Assembly: GCA_041690395.1 (NCBI GenBank)
Contig: JAWLHJ010000001.1
Span: forward strand, 224,001 to 288,000
Direction of reading: 5' to 3'
Source of the DNA: Longimicrobiales bacterium
GTDB taxonomy: Bacteria > Gemmatimonadota > Gemmatimonadetes > Longimicrobiales > Gaopeijiaceae
DNA length: 64,000 nucleotides
Part shown: one piece after another, positions 1 to 9,652 of the stretch
Position numbering within the stretch: the stretch's first letter is position 1
How the letters are laid out: every line of letters starts with the position of its first letter
Notes under the pieces: generated by a model
Told to the model about the DNA's origin: nothing
Database searches by the model: none
What the model saw: the letters and a program-made list of their open reading frames with translations, nothing else
Made by a program: the position numbers and the translations under genes

Positions 1-722
1 TCCACCGACTGTGCGGAGGTCGAGAAGCGGATCGCCTGACCGGCCACCTCTTCCGCCCCCCGGACCGTCTGGGAGAGGCCGGCCCTCAGTGGCCCGGCGT
101 CTGCACGCAGCACGCACTCCGGGTCCAGGACGCTCAGGAGTCCTTCGAAGTCGCCCGCCCTCGCCGCCGCGAGAAACGCGTCCACGACCTCGCGCTGGCG
201 CGAGAGGTCTCGGTCCGGCTCGACCCGCGCGTCCCGCAGACGGCGACGGGCCCGGCTCGCGAGCTGCCTGGCGGCGGGGGTGGACGAGCCCACCACCGAG
301 GCAACAAGCTCGAACGGCATGTCGAACATGTCGTGAAGCACGAACGCCAGCCGCTCCGGCGGCCGGAGCTCCTGGAGGACTACCTGGAGCGCGAGGCCGA
401 GGGCGTCCGAGAGTAGCGCCTGGTGCTCCGGATCCGGCTCGTCCGCACGGGTAACGATCGGGTCCGGCAGGCGCACGCCGACCAGCTCTTCGGCTCGGGC
501 TTCTCGGGCCCGGATCACGTCCAGGCATATCCGCGAGACCACGACCGTGAGCCACCCGGAGAGGTTGTCGATCTCGGCAGCGTCGGTGCGGCTGAGCCGG
601 ATCCAGGCCTCCTGCACCGCGTCCTCGGCGGCGCTCAGCGAGCCGAGCATGCGGTAGGCCACCGCTCGCAGCCGAGTCCGATCCGACTCGAACCGTTCAG
701 CCAGCTGCTGGTCGTCCGCCAC
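1..722 (-). CDS. ECF41/SigJ-type sigma-70 factor with C-terminal SnoaL-like extension (3' end runs off window)
   Basis: Absent from ORF track; manual translation from GTG at 722: VADDQQLAERFESDRTRLRAVAYRMLGSLSAAEDAVQEAWIRL...LRPPERLAFVLHDMFDMPF...RQLASRARRR...VVDAFLAAARAGDFEGLLSVLDPECVLRAD. Confidence 0.9.
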   Translation of the reverse strand, partial: MADDQQLAERFESDRTRLRAVAYRMLGSLSAAEDAVQEAWIRLSRTDAAEIDNLSGWLTVVVSRICLDVIRAREARAEELVGVRLPDPIVTRADEPDPEHQALLSDALGLALQVVLQELRPPERLAFVLHDMFDMPFELVASVVGSSTPAARQLASRARRRLRDARVEPDRDLSRQREVVDAFLAAARAGDFEGLLSVLDPECVLRADAGPLRAGLSQTVRGAEEVAGQAIRFSTSAQSV

Positions 723-749
723 GCATCACACTCCCGGGGTGGGCAGGCT

Positions 750-776
750 CGTCACACTTCCGCGGTCCGTTCCGTC
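750..776 (+). promoter_or_regulatory. ECF41-type promoter (cGTCACA-N16-CGTC)
   Basis: GTCACA 751-756, 16 nt spacer, CGTC 773-776; divergent from the ECF41 gene; fits the TGTCACA-N16-CGTC consensus with one mismatch. Confidence 0.75.
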
Positions 777-851
777 AACACGTCGAGAGGGTGCACGGCG
801 CGACCGTCGCCCATCCCGACATCCGGCAACGATAACCTGGAGGAGATCCCC

Positions 852-1085
852 TTGAGCTGGAACCGATGGATTCGACAGACGCACCGCTGGCTCTCCGTGA
901 TCTTCACGGCGGCCGTCCTCGTGAACATCGTCCTCAACGTCGCTCCCCTGGTCAGCGAGGAGGTCGCCACGGCCGTGGGGATGCTCACCCTGCTCCCGCT
1001 CACCTTGCTCCTCATTACCGGCCTCTACCTCTTCGTTCTGCCATACATCTCCCGGGGCAACCGCCGACCCAGGACCGACGCATGA
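852..1085 (+). CDS. small two-TM membrane protein (PepSY-TM-like HRW motif)
   Basis: GGAGGA SD then TTG at 852; WIRQTHRWLSVIF plus two hydrophobic helices; ATGA overlap with next gene. Confidence 0.75.
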   Translation: MSWNRWIRQTHRWLSVIFTAAVLVNIVLNVAPLVSEEVATAVGMLTLLPLTLLLITGLYLFVLPYISRGNRRPRTDA

Positions 1086-1723
1086 CCGCTGAGAACGCCA
1101 GGAACGCCAGTGCCGACGACTTCATCGACCGAGCCCCGCGGTGGCAGGAGGAGATGCGCGAGCTCCGGCGCATCCTCCTCGACTGCGACCTCACCGAGGA
1201 GATCAAGTGGGGCAAGCCGTGCTACGTGGGCGGCGGCGGCAACATCGTGATCATGCAGCCGTTCAAGGCGCACCTGTCGCTCATGTTCTTCAAGGGCGCC
1301 CTTCTGGATGACCCCCAGGGCATCCTGCGGTCGCAGGGCGAGAACACGCGGTCCGCCATGAGGATCGAGTTCACCGGCCGGGATCAGGTGGCCGGGCTGG
1401 AAGCCGCCGTGAAGGCCTACGTCGAGGAGGCCATCGCGGTCGAAGAGGCGGGCCTGGCGGTCCCGAAGAAGAAGGTCGCGAAGCACGAAATGCCGGAGGA
1501 GCTCGAGGAGCGTCTCCGCGACGATGCGGAGTACCGGGAGGCGTTCGAGGCGCTGACCCCGGGCAGGAAGAGGAGCTACGTGCTACACATCTCCGAGGCC
1601 AAGCGCGCTGAGACGCGCGAGCGGCGCATCGAGAAGTGCCGCGCGAAGGTGCTGGAGGGGAAGGGGTTCAACGACGCTCCACCACCATCGCGCACGCCAG
1701 CCCACCCGCCGCGCACACCGTGA
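1082..1723 (+). CDS. YdeI/OmpD-associated (DUF1801-like) protein
   Basis: LTEEIKWGKPCY, FFKGALLDDP, FEALTPGRKRSY, GKGFND motifs; ATG at 1082. Confidence 0.85.
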   Translation: MTAENARNASADDFIDRAPRWQEEMRELRRILLDCDLTEEIKWGKPCYVGGGGNIVIMQPFKAHLSLMFFKGALLDDPQGILRSQGENTRSAMRIEFTGRDQVAGLEAAVKAYVEEAIAVEEAGLAVPKKKVAKHEMPEELEERLRDDAEYREAFEALTPGRKRSYVLHISEAKRAETRERRIEKCRAKVLEGKGFNDAPPPSRTPAHPPRTP

Positions 1724-2996
1724 TCAACCCGAACTCCACGTCCCGCCGCGCCATCTCGTTCAGGAGCGTGAGGGTGACGCGGCCGCCCGTGGCACCGAAC
1801 GGATGCCCGATCGCGATCGAGCCGCCCATGACGTTGATGCGGTCGATGTCCGGATGTCCGGTGGCATCGCTCCGGCCGAGCACGTCGCGGGCGAACGCCT
1901 TCGAGTCGAGCCCCTGGAGGTTCGAGAGCACCTGGCTCGCGAACGCTTCGTGCATCTCCATGAGACCGATGTCCTTCATGGTGAGCCCCGCCCGGTCGAG
2001 GGCGATGGGCGCCGCGTAGGCAGGACCCTGCAGGAGCTGCTCGCCGGGATCGAGGGCGGTCCAGGCCCAGCTCCGGATGAACCCGAGCGGGGCAATGCCT
2101 TCGGCTGCAGCCCGCTCGCCGTTCATGAGCACGAGCGCCGACGCGCCGTCGGTGAGCGGCGAGGCGTTGCCGGCCGTGACCGATCCGTACTTCCGGTCGA
2201 ACACGGGGCGAAGCGCACCAAGCGCCTCGAGCGAGGTGTCGGTTCGGATGCCGTTGTCGCTCTCGGCGACGTCCTCGTACTTCGGCGGGACGTACACCGG
2301 CACGATCTCGGCCGTCAGGCGCCCGTCCTCGGTGCCGGCCGCGGCGAGCCGGTGGGAGCGGAGGGCCCACTCGTCCTGCGCCTCGCGCGAAATGCCATTC
2401 TGCTTCGCCATGCGCTCGGCCGCCTCGCCCATGGTCTCGCCCGTGGTGGGCTCCGCGATGGCCGGGCTCACGGGCGCCAGATCCTTCGGCCGGAGCCCCT
2501 TGAAGGCCCCGAGCCTGTCGGATATCGACTTCGCCTTGGACGCGCTCACCAGCGCCTTCGCCAGCCGGTCGCCGGCCAGGATCGGCACGTGCGAGAGCGA
2601 CTCGGCGCCGCCCGCCACCACGACCTGCGCCTGACCCAGCTCGATGAGCGCAGCCCCGTCGGCGATCGCCTGGTTCGCGGAGGTGCAGGCACGCGAGACC
2701 GTCACGGCCGGCACGGTCACCGGAAGCGTGGCGAGCCCCACCTCGCGCGCGATGTTCGGCGCACGCACGTCGTGCACCACCGTGCCGTAGATCAGATGGT
2801 CGACGTCGGCCGGCCGAAGCCCCGCGCGGGCTACCACATCCCGCACCGCCACCTTCCCGAGGTCGATGGCCGACAGGTCGCGCAAGATCGTGCCCGAGCG
2901 GGCGAACGGGGTGCGCACGCCGGCCACCACCGCGGTCCGGGTGCGGGCGCGTCCCCGGGTGATGGAGGGCGCGTGCACGGGCTCCGTGTCGGACAT
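1668..2996 (-). CDS. fadI: acetyl-CoA C-acyltransferase (thiolase, FadI-like)
   Basis: RTPF, SRACTS, GNASPLTDGA, HEAFA, GHPFGATG, CAAGG. Confidence 0.9.
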   Translation of the reverse strand: MSDTEPVHAPSITRGRARTRTAVVAGVRTPFARSGTILRDLSAIDLGKVAVRDVVARAGLRPADVDHLIYGTVVHDVRAPNIAREVGLATLPVTVPAVTVSRACTSANQAIADGAALIELGQAQVVVAGGAESLSHVPILAGDRLAKALVSASKAKSISDRLGAFKGLRPKDLAPVSPAIAEPTTGETMGEAAERMAKQNGISREAQDEWALRSHRLAAAGTEDGRLTAEIVPVYVPPKYEDVAESDNGIRTDTSLEALGALRPVFDRKYGSVTAGNASPLTDGASALVLMNGERAAAEGIAPLGFIRSWAWTALDPGEQLLQGPAYAAPIALDRAGLTMKDIGLMEMHEAFASQVLSNLQGLDSKAFARDVLGRSDATGHPDIDRINVMGGSIAIGHPFGATGGRVTLTLLNEMARRDVEFGLITVCAAGGLACAMVVERR

Positions 2997-3195
2997 GGCC
3001 TGCTCCGGATGCGGGATAGACGGGGCGTTCCGGCCGGTGCCGGCGGCCCCGCTTGGGATCTATCCATGGAACGCGCGCGGGACAAGGTCGCTCCGGCCGG
3101 ACGCGGGCGGCTGCGAATAAGGCTCCCTTTCCGCTAAATTAGGGCTTAGACTCAAATATTGGACCGGCACTTCCCTTTTGAAGGAGAGGTACCTC

Positions 3196-3687
3196 ATGAC
3201 CAGAACGTTCAAAGCGCTTGCCATCGCGGCCGCGTTGGTCGCGGTTCCGAGCTTCGCGCAAGCACAGGCCACGCTCGGACCGCAGATCGCATATCACAAC
3301 GACTTCGATTTCGGTATCGGCGCGGCGCTCACGCTGTCGGCCGACGCGATCCACGAGCAGGTCGACTTCCTGTTCGACTTCGCCTGGTTCTTCCCCGAGA
3401 GCGACGCCGTCGACTACTTCGAGCTCAACGGCGGCCTCCTCTACGACTTCATCCTCGATGAGAGCACGGTCACCCCGTTCGCGCTCGCGGGGCTGAACGT
3501 CGCGAGCTGGTCGGTGGACACGCCCGTCGGTGGCGGCGACAACACCGAGCTCGGACTCAACCTGGGCGGCGGCCTCAAGTTCAACGCCGGCTCGCTACGC
3601 CCCATGGTCGGCGTCCGCCTGGAGATCGAGGGCGGCGACGGCTTCGTCATCTTCGGGACGATCCCGTTCGCGCTGTCGGGCAGCTGA
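3196..3687 (+). CDS. small outer-membrane beta-barrel protein
   Basis: AAGGAGAGG SD, signal peptide ending AQA, alternating hydrophobic beta-strand pattern. Confidence 0.75.
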   Translation: MTRTFKALAIAAALVAVPSFAQAQATLGPQIAYHNDFDFGIGAALTLSADAIHEQVDFLFDFAWFFPESDAVDYFELNGGLLYDFILDESTVTPFALAGLNVASWSVDTPVGGGDNTELGLNLGGGLKFNAGSLRPMVGVRLEIEGGDGFVIFGTIPFALSGS

Positions 3688-3839
3688 CGCGGGAGCCGTA
3701 AGCGGCGTTCCGCCAAGCTGGCCCGAAAGCGGGGACGGATGAGCGGACTTAAGCCTACGTGCGCGCGGCCCCTTCCCACCACCGTGTGGGGAGGGGCCGT
3801 GTTGCGTTCGTAACGCCCTGGTGACGCCCCCTCCTCAGG

Positions 3840-4754
3840 ATGGACTCGGTCGATCATCCATCCTCGGGACCGGGAGACGTTGGCATGTCTGGACACGGAG
3901 CTTCCTCGCTCAGCCTCCTCGCTCACCCTTATCAACGCCTCGAGCCGTTCACCGGTGGGAGGGCCGAGCTCAAGGAAGCCGCACGACGCCGGGGTAGTGC
4001 CATCGTGTGGCTCATGGGGAAGGCCACGGACCCTCCCGAGCTGAAGTTGTTGAGCAATCGCCCGGGCGGCCTCTCTCTCCTGACCGTCCTTCCGAAGTCG
4101 CCCGATATCCTCGGCAATCCGGCACTCGTCCAGGCTATTCAGCGCCTGAGGCCAAACGGCATCCTTCCGCACCACGAGGAGCCACGGGCCAGCGAGCTGG
4201 CCCACGTTCTAAGGCGTCCACCGCTGGATCTCGCCGTGGAAGTCACCGACTACCTCGAGTGGAGAGGACTCCGCTTCGACCACGACACCGTCCGGCTGAT
4301 CCGAAGGATCGTCGAGCTCTCCGAGAATCTGCGCTCGGTCACCGGTCTCGCCAGGAACATGTACATGTCAAGGCGTGCACTCGGCAGGCGCTTCATGACG
4401 CTCGGCCTCCCGGTGCCTTCACACTGGCTGCAGATGGCGCGCCTGCTGCGGGTGGTGATAAGGTTGCAGAACACCGACGACAGCGTGTTTGCCGTGGCCT
4501 GCGGTCAGGGCTACCCCGACGGGTTCTCGGTGAGTAACCAGATGTATCGCCTGTTCGGGTGCCGTCCAACGGAGGTTCGGGAGCGCCTCGGCTGGGAGTG
4601 GGTCTTCGAGGAGTGGCTGCGACGGGAAGCCGAGGCGGGGGCGTTCGCCCCGACCAATGCGGATAAGTTCAGCGGAGTCCCGCTCCGGGGGACCACGCCT
4701 CCTGCCCTCCGCCGGCACGCGCGTGCAAGGCGGCGGGACCCCCTCCGGGCCTGA
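3840..4754 (+). CDS. AraC-family HTH regulator with atypical N-terminal domain (start may be 3885)
   Basis: SVTGLARNMYMSRRALGRRF and VACGQGYPDGFSVSNQMYRLFGCRPTEVR double HTH. Confidence 0.8.
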   Translation: MDSVDHPSSGPGDVGMSGHGASSLSLLAHPYQRLEPFTGGRAELKEAARRRGSAIVWLMGKATDPPELKLLSNRPGGLSLLTVLPKSPDILGNPALVQAIQRLRPNGILPHHEEPRASELAHVLRRPPLDLAVEVTDYLEWRGLRFDHDTVRLIRRIVELSENLRSVTGLARNMYMSRRALGRRFMTLGLPVPSHWLQMARLLRVVIRLQNTDDSVFAVACGQGYPDGFSVSNQMYRLFGCRPTEVRERLGWEWVFEEWLRREAEAGAFAPTNADKFSGVPLRGTTPPALRRHARARRRDPLRA

Positions 4755-4830
4755 CATGACGGTCGGAACGAGGCACGGACGCCGTCACCGGGTGGCGGCT
4801 CGGCGTTCACCGAGGAACTACGAGGTATCG

Positions 4831-7800
4831 ATGTCGACCATGAGCAGGGGTGCGCTGTCACCCGTCGCCGGGCTGACCGTCGAGCTCTTCGGGGGCCCGA
4901 AGGTGATCGCTCGCGACGAGCCGATTGATCTGACGTCGCAGCAACAGGCATTCGTCACGGTCGTGTTCGGCCACGGGGCCCAGGGTATCAGCCGCCCGCG
5001 CCTCGGCTGGGTTCTCTGGGAGGAAGACGAGAGTCCGCGACTCCGGCAGAGGATCCGCCAGCTGCTGCATCGAACTCATGAGCGGTTGAACGGCGTGATC
5101 GTTGACGCCGAAGCGGATCATCTGCGTCCGATGGCTGCCGGAGTGGAGTGCGACCTGCGGCGGTTCGAGGCGCTCCTCAAGCGCGGCTCTCTGGCCGAGG
5201 CGGCGGGCATGCTCTCACATGGGCTGGCCAGTCGTCTCGGCGGGACACCCGGAAACGCCTTCGAGGATTGGCTCCTTTCCAGGCGCGCCGGGCTCTTCGA
5301 GGATCTCCGGAAGGCCGCATCGCGGCGATGGGACGAGACCTCGGAGGCCGGCCTCTGGGGTGAAGCTCGAGACGCGGCGGAGGCGCTCTACATGCATTTC
5401 CCGGACGATGTCGGTGTTGCGACCCGAGTGATCGAATCCCGAGCGAGGACTGGAAGCCTGGCGTCCGCCGAGGCCGTGCTGGCCAGACTCCGAGAGAGCG
5501 GCGTCTCCAAGGACACCGCTGCGTCGCTGGATGAGCTGATGCTTCGGGTCCAACGGTTGCGGTCGACGCCGGTAAGCGCATCGCCCGACTCCGATCCTCG
5601 CGTCCCGCTGGTGGGCCGGAGGTCCGAGATCGCGCAAGCCGTGGAAGGGTTCAGGAGCATGGAGGACGGTTCGTTCCGCTTCGTCCTGCTCACCGGCGAG
5701 GGCGGAATCGGTAAGACGAGGGTCCTGGATGAGATCCGCAAGGAGGCCGTCCTCGCGGGGTACCGATGTCTGAGCGCGCGCCCCGCGGAGCCAGAGCGCC
5801 GCATCCCACTCAATCCGCTCGCCGACGCGTTCTCCGAGATTGATCTCGCTGGGCATCTGCGTGCCCTCGGGGTCCCCTGGCGGTCGGTCATCGGCTCACT
5901 CCTGCCCATCGACGACGACGAGCCCATCGAGGAGGCCCCCCCGATCCAGGAGGCCCACCTCTCGCGCAGGCTCATGGATGCGCTCTACTTCCTCCTCGAG
6001 CGTGTCGCGGCTGAAGAACCCACGCTTCTGTTCCTCGACGATCTCCAGTGGGCGGACGCCACGACCGTGACCGCGCTTCAGTTCGTGCAGCGTCGATGGG
6101 CCGGCCGCGCGTTCGGCGTGGTCGCCGCGATCCGACCCGATCTCATCGACCCCTTCGACCCCGCATCGAAGTATCTGCTGAGCGCTGAGCACCTGCCCAT
6201 CACCCGGATCGATCTCAAGGAGCTAAGCCCAGAGGACGGTCGGCGCCTCGTCGACCTCGTGCTGGGTGGCGAAGTCGACCCACGAGTCAACGATCGTCTA
6301 TGTGAGCTGGGCGGGCTCCATCCGTTGTACGTGACCGAGATCGCCAAGGACTTCAGGGCAGGCCGCCTGAAGCTGCCCGCACTCCCCGTCGACGAAGTCG
6401 CGATCCCGGTATCTCTGCAGGAGATCCTGCGGCGAAGGGTCGGCCTACTTTCACCGACCGCCACCAAGGTAGCCGGCCTGCTGGCCGCCAGAGCGCGGCC
6501 GATGCGGCTCACGGAGATCGCCGACCTGACCGGGCTGCCGCTCGATCATTGCGCCGACTGCGCTGAAGAGCTGAAGCAACTGAGGCTGGCCGACATGGCA
6601 GGGAACAGGGTGCGGGTCGCGCACGAGCTGTTCCGAAGCGCGCTGTATCAACACCTGAGCGACGCGCGTCGAGCCGTCCTCCACCGATCGATCGCCGAGC
6701 ATCTCGCGAGCTCGGACGATGGCGTCCCCGAGGGTGAGCTGGCCATGCATTATGCTCGTGCCGGTGAACGCGCGCCCGCCGTTCGCTACGCTTGGGCCGC
6801 AGCCACGAGCGCGATCGAGAGCGGAGCCGTGGCCGAAGCCGCCTACTTCTTCGACCTCGTGGTGCAGAACGAAGACGACCCCGGCAGGAGAGCCGTCGCC
6901 ACCGCCGAGCTGGGCCGGGCGCTGCACCTGGGCCGAGCCATAGAGCGAGCCAACCCGATCCTCGAGCTCGCCTCGGTCCGGCTCCGCGAGATCGGCGACC
7001 CCAACAGGGCACTTCGCATGGACATTCGACGGGTCGAGGGCCTCGCGGAAGCCGACGCGGCGCCAACCGCCGAGCTCCTTCGCCGCCTGGACGCCATCAA
7101 GCGGGAAGCTCAGGAGCTGGGGGATTGGGAGGCACTGGCGCTGGGGTTGGATGTGGAGTTGCACCTGCGCCACAACCTTGAAGACTTCCCAGGTATTGCG
7201 GTCCTCTTTCGGGAGATGAAGCAAGTTGTTGCCAATGGGCCACCGGAGGCCGGAGCAGTCGCTCACTCCGGTCTCGCGCTCGGCATCCTCTTCGGAGACC
7301 CACAGTCAGCAATGACACATGGTCGCCTGGGTGTGGAGCTTTGTGACTCACAGAGTGAACACAGGCTTCGGTCGCTGCTACGCCTGCTCTTGGTGCTTCA
7401 GTACCAGGGCCGGTTCTACACGGCAGAGGCGCAACGTCTGGTGGGCGAGGCGACGACCGTGGCCAAGACCAGCGGCGATCTCTTACTGCGCTTCAGCCTC
7501 GAAAGCAACATCGCGGTGGCCCATCTCGACGCGGGAAACCTCGATGCCGCAGAGGTCTCCATGGCGAAGTCGACCAAGATGCTCGGCTCGGCAGAACTCG
7601 ACATGAATCGATTCAATCAGGCGATAAACGCCGGGGAGTTGGCACTTGCTCAAGCGGACTTCCACCGCGCAAGCGAGATGTTTCGCTTGGCATCCGAGTT
7701 CGTCGGTCCGAAGACGCCATCATACGCTGCAAACCTCGTTCGGTCGGGCCTCGGCTTCTGCGCCCTCGAGTTCGGGGACGTTACAAAGGCCCGGAGTCTT

Positions 7801-8124
7801 GAAGACGAGCTGGAGCCGAATCCCCCGACGTGGTATTTCGACCCAACCCTACTGGTCTCCTTTCGCAGTCGGATGGATGAACTACGAGGAAACCTCTCGG
7901 CCGCTTCAGACCGCCTGGGTTCGGCCGCGCTCGCCGTAGAGGAGCGACTCGTGCTCGCCTGGCTCAAGCTGATGAGGAATCAGATTCGGGTCCTTCGCCG
8001 TTTAGGCAGCAACGAGGCGAGGGAACTCGCGAAACGAGCCCTGGAAGTATCGGACGAACTCCATCTTGAACACCGGGCAAGGGAGTTCCGCTACCTCTTG
8101 GACCAGTTAGGCAGCTCGAATTGA
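4831..8124 (+). CDS. SARP/BTAD - STAND ATPase - TPR-like regulator (AfsR/MalT-like)
   Basis: N-terminal ELFGGP...LWEEDE...RLRQ; Walker A GEGGIGKT; Walker B LLFLDDLQWAD; GLHPLY; helical-repeat C-terminus; start chosen at ATG 4831 after GAGGT. Confidence 0.85.
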   Translation: MSTMSRGALSPVAGLTVELFGGPKVIARDEPIDLTSQQQAFVTVVFGHGAQGISRPRLGWVLWEEDESPRLRQRIRQLLHRTHERLNGVIVDAEADHLRPMAAGVECDLRRFEALLKRGSLAEAAGMLSHGLASRLGGTPGNAFEDWLLSRRAGLFEDLRKAASRRWDETSEAGLWGEARDAAEALYMHFPDDVGVATRVIESRARTGSLASAEAVLARLRESGVSKDTAASLDELMLRVQRLRSTPVSASPDSDPRVPLVGRRSEIAQAVEGFRSMEDGSFRFVLLTGEGGIGKTRVLDEIRKEAVLAGYRCLSARPAEPERRIPLNPLADAFSEIDLAGHLRALGVPWRSVIGSLLPIDDDEPIEEAPPIQEAHLSRRLMDALYFLLERVAAEEPTLLFLDDLQWADATTVTALQFVQRRWAGRAFGVVAAIRPDLIDPFDPASKYLLSAEHLPITRIDLKELSPEDGRRLVDLVLGGEVDPRVNDRLCELGGLHPLYVTEIAKDFRAGRLKLPALPVDEVAIPVSLQEILRRRVGLLSPTATKVAGLLAARARPMRLTEIADLTGLPLDHCADCAEELKQLRLADMAGNRVRVAHELFRSALYQHLSDARRAVLHRSIAEHLASSDDGVPEGELAMHYARAGERAPAVRYAWAAATSAIESGAVAEAAYFFDLVVQNEDDPGRRAVATAELGRALHLGRAIERANPILELASVRLREIGDPNRALRMDIRRVEGLAEADAAPTAELLRRLDAIKREAQELGDWEALALGLDVELHLRHNLEDFPGIAVLFREMKQVVANGPPEAGAVAHSGLALGILFGDPQSAMTHGRLGVELCDSQSEHRLRSLLRLLLVLQYQGRFYTAEAQRLVGEATTVAKTSGDLLLRFSLESNIAVAHLDAGNLDAAEVSMAKSTKMLGSAELDMNRFNQAINAGELALAQADFHRASEMFRLASEFVGPKTPSYAANLVRSGLGFCALEFGDVTKARSLEDELEPNPPTWYFDPTLLVSFRSRMDELRGNLSAASDRLGSAALAVEERLVLAWLKLMRNQIRVLRRLGSNEARELAKRALEVSDELHLEHRAREFRYLLDQLGSSN

Positions 8125-8131
8125 GCGACGG

Positions 8132-9550
8132 CTAATTTCGAGCGCGCAATGCCCAAGAGGGAACGGTCTGCCGGAGAGGTGCCACAGCCAACTCCCCGGA
8201 CGTAAGCCCACTTTTCAAGCGAGAGGGTGTCGCTCCGCTGGTCCGGTGTCCACTCATCAATCGAGCGTAGCTCTCCAGTATCGGCGTGTTGGCCACGGCC
8301 TCGACGATCCTTGGATCAAACTGAAGACCCGAGTGCTCCCGGAGTTGCTCCTCTACAACCCGCAACGGTAGCGCATTGCGGTACGGCCGATCGGATAGCA
8401 TCGCGTCGACAGCATCGCAAACGATGATGATCTTGGCTCCGATGGGGATGTCCGGGCCGCGCAGGCCATCGGGATATCCTCGCCCGTCCTCACGCTCGTG
8501 ATGGTGGCGCACAGCCAGTACAACGCTCTCAGGAACTGAGGACAGGTCTCGCAGCAACTGTTCCCCGCGAGTGACGTGCGATTGAATGATCGCTCGCTCC
8601 TCCGCTGTTAAGGAATCGGGCTTTGCGAGGATGTCCGTGTACGTTGCCTCGATCTTACCGATGTCGTGGAGCAATGCTGCGGTCTGCACTTGCTCGACGA
8701 TCCTCTGCGGAAGTCCAAGCTCTTCAGCGATTTCCCGTGCAAGCGCTGAAACGCGCTGAGAATGGCCGGACGTGTACGGATCTCGAGTCTCAATGGCTTT
8801 GACCAGGGCTGTCAGCAGATCGTCGTTGGCTTCCCGAAGCCTCGCCGTCGTCAGGTATGAGTACCGAATGAAAAGCATCGGAAGCAGAACAACGAGTATC
8901 CCAGCGATTCCGAACTGGACATACAAGAACGCCACGGCAAGCGCGATGGGGCTTATGAGAACGTCGTTCACGCTCCCACCAGAGTTGCGCAGCACCAACT
9001 CCCAAACTCTTCTGAATGCCAAGCCCTGGCTGAACGCAATAGCCAGCGCTACGGCCGCGTGGTTCAACGCAAGGAAGAGCAGACCAAACGTTACGAATGG
9101 CCACAGCTGGCCTGCAACGCTTTGCGCCTCGGTCCACTCCAAGCCTCTAAGCGCCGTTCCACCTAGGAGTTCGAAACCCAAGCCGGCGATCGTGACCGCG
9201 AAGACGGCCTGAGCGACATTGAACGTCGCCTTGAACCAACCCTTCCGCCTGACAAAAAACTCGGCGAAGGCGAGGGTTGTGAGGATCAGCACCGTTCCTG
9301 CCTCAGGACCGAAGAGCTGGACGGCTGCGAGTAAGGGCAGGAACGTGATCGACGAGCGGCCTTCGGAGCCTCCAACGCTGAGCCCAATCGCCACAGACTC
9401 CGACATTAGGCCAATGGCGATCAGAGTGCCGAGCCCGAGGAGGCTGGCGAGTGGGAGCCCAGCAATCGCGGACCAGTCCGTCATCACTAGACAGACTGCC
9501 GCCAGGACCCACATGACTCCGACGTAAATGCGGACTTGCCGTTCGAACAT
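8132..9550 (-). CDS. membrane-anchored HD-GYP c-di-GMP phosphodiesterase
   Basis: Multi-TM N-terminal half; RDPYTSGHSQRV, LLHDIGK, HHHEREDGRGYPDGL, DAVDAMLSDRPYR, QFDP. Confidence 0.92.
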   Translation of the reverse strand: MFERQVRIYVGVMWVLAAVCLVMTDWSAIAGLPLASLLGLGTLIAIGLMSESVAIGLSVGGSEGRSSITFLPLLAAVQLFGPEAGTVLILTTLAFAEFFVRRKGWFKATFNVAQAVFAVTIAGLGFELLGGTALRGLEWTEAQSVAGQLWPFVTFGLLFLALNHAAVALAIAFSQGLAFRRVWELVLRNSGGSVNDVLISPIALAVAFLYVQFGIAGILVVLLPMLFIRYSYLTTARLREANDDLLTALVKAIETRDPYTSGHSQRVSALAREIAEELGLPQRIVEQVQTAALLHDIGKIEATYTDILAKPDSLTAEERAIIQSHVTRGEQLLRDLSSVPESVVLAVRHHHEREDGRGYPDGLRGPDIPIGAKIIIVCDAVDAMLSDRPYRNALPLRVVEEQLREHSGLQFDPRIVEAVANTPILESYARLMSGHRTSGATPSRLKSGLTSGELAVAPLRQTVPSWALRARN

Positions 9551-9577
9551 ACTTGGAGTGAAGCCCCCTCAGTCCAC

Positions 9578-9652
9578 CTACCAGGTCACTAGCCCGCGAC
9601 TAAAAATCGCGAAAACCGCGTCTACGGCGCCCATCAGTAGAGACACGAACAT
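9578..9652 (-). CDS. 24-aa hydrophobic small peptide with C-terminal Trp (MFVSLLMGAVDAVFAIFSRGLVTW), putative signal peptide precursor
   Basis: TAAAGGAGGTGA SD (9659-9670) 6 nt before ATG; TAG at 9578-9580; 27 nt upstream of the HD-GYP start. Confidence 0.8.
   Translation of the reverse strand: MFVSLLMGAVDAVFAIFSRGLVTW

Noticed and set aside
423..851. N-terminal part of the 220-aa plus-strand ORF
   Set aside because: Antisense shadow of the ECF41 gene; only 852-1085 looks coding.
3711..3745. GCCAAGCTGGCCCGAAAGCGGGGACG resembling a c-di-GMP-I riboswitch
   Set aside because: Lacks the GGCAAA and GCAAAGC conserved segments, and the stem pairing is poor.
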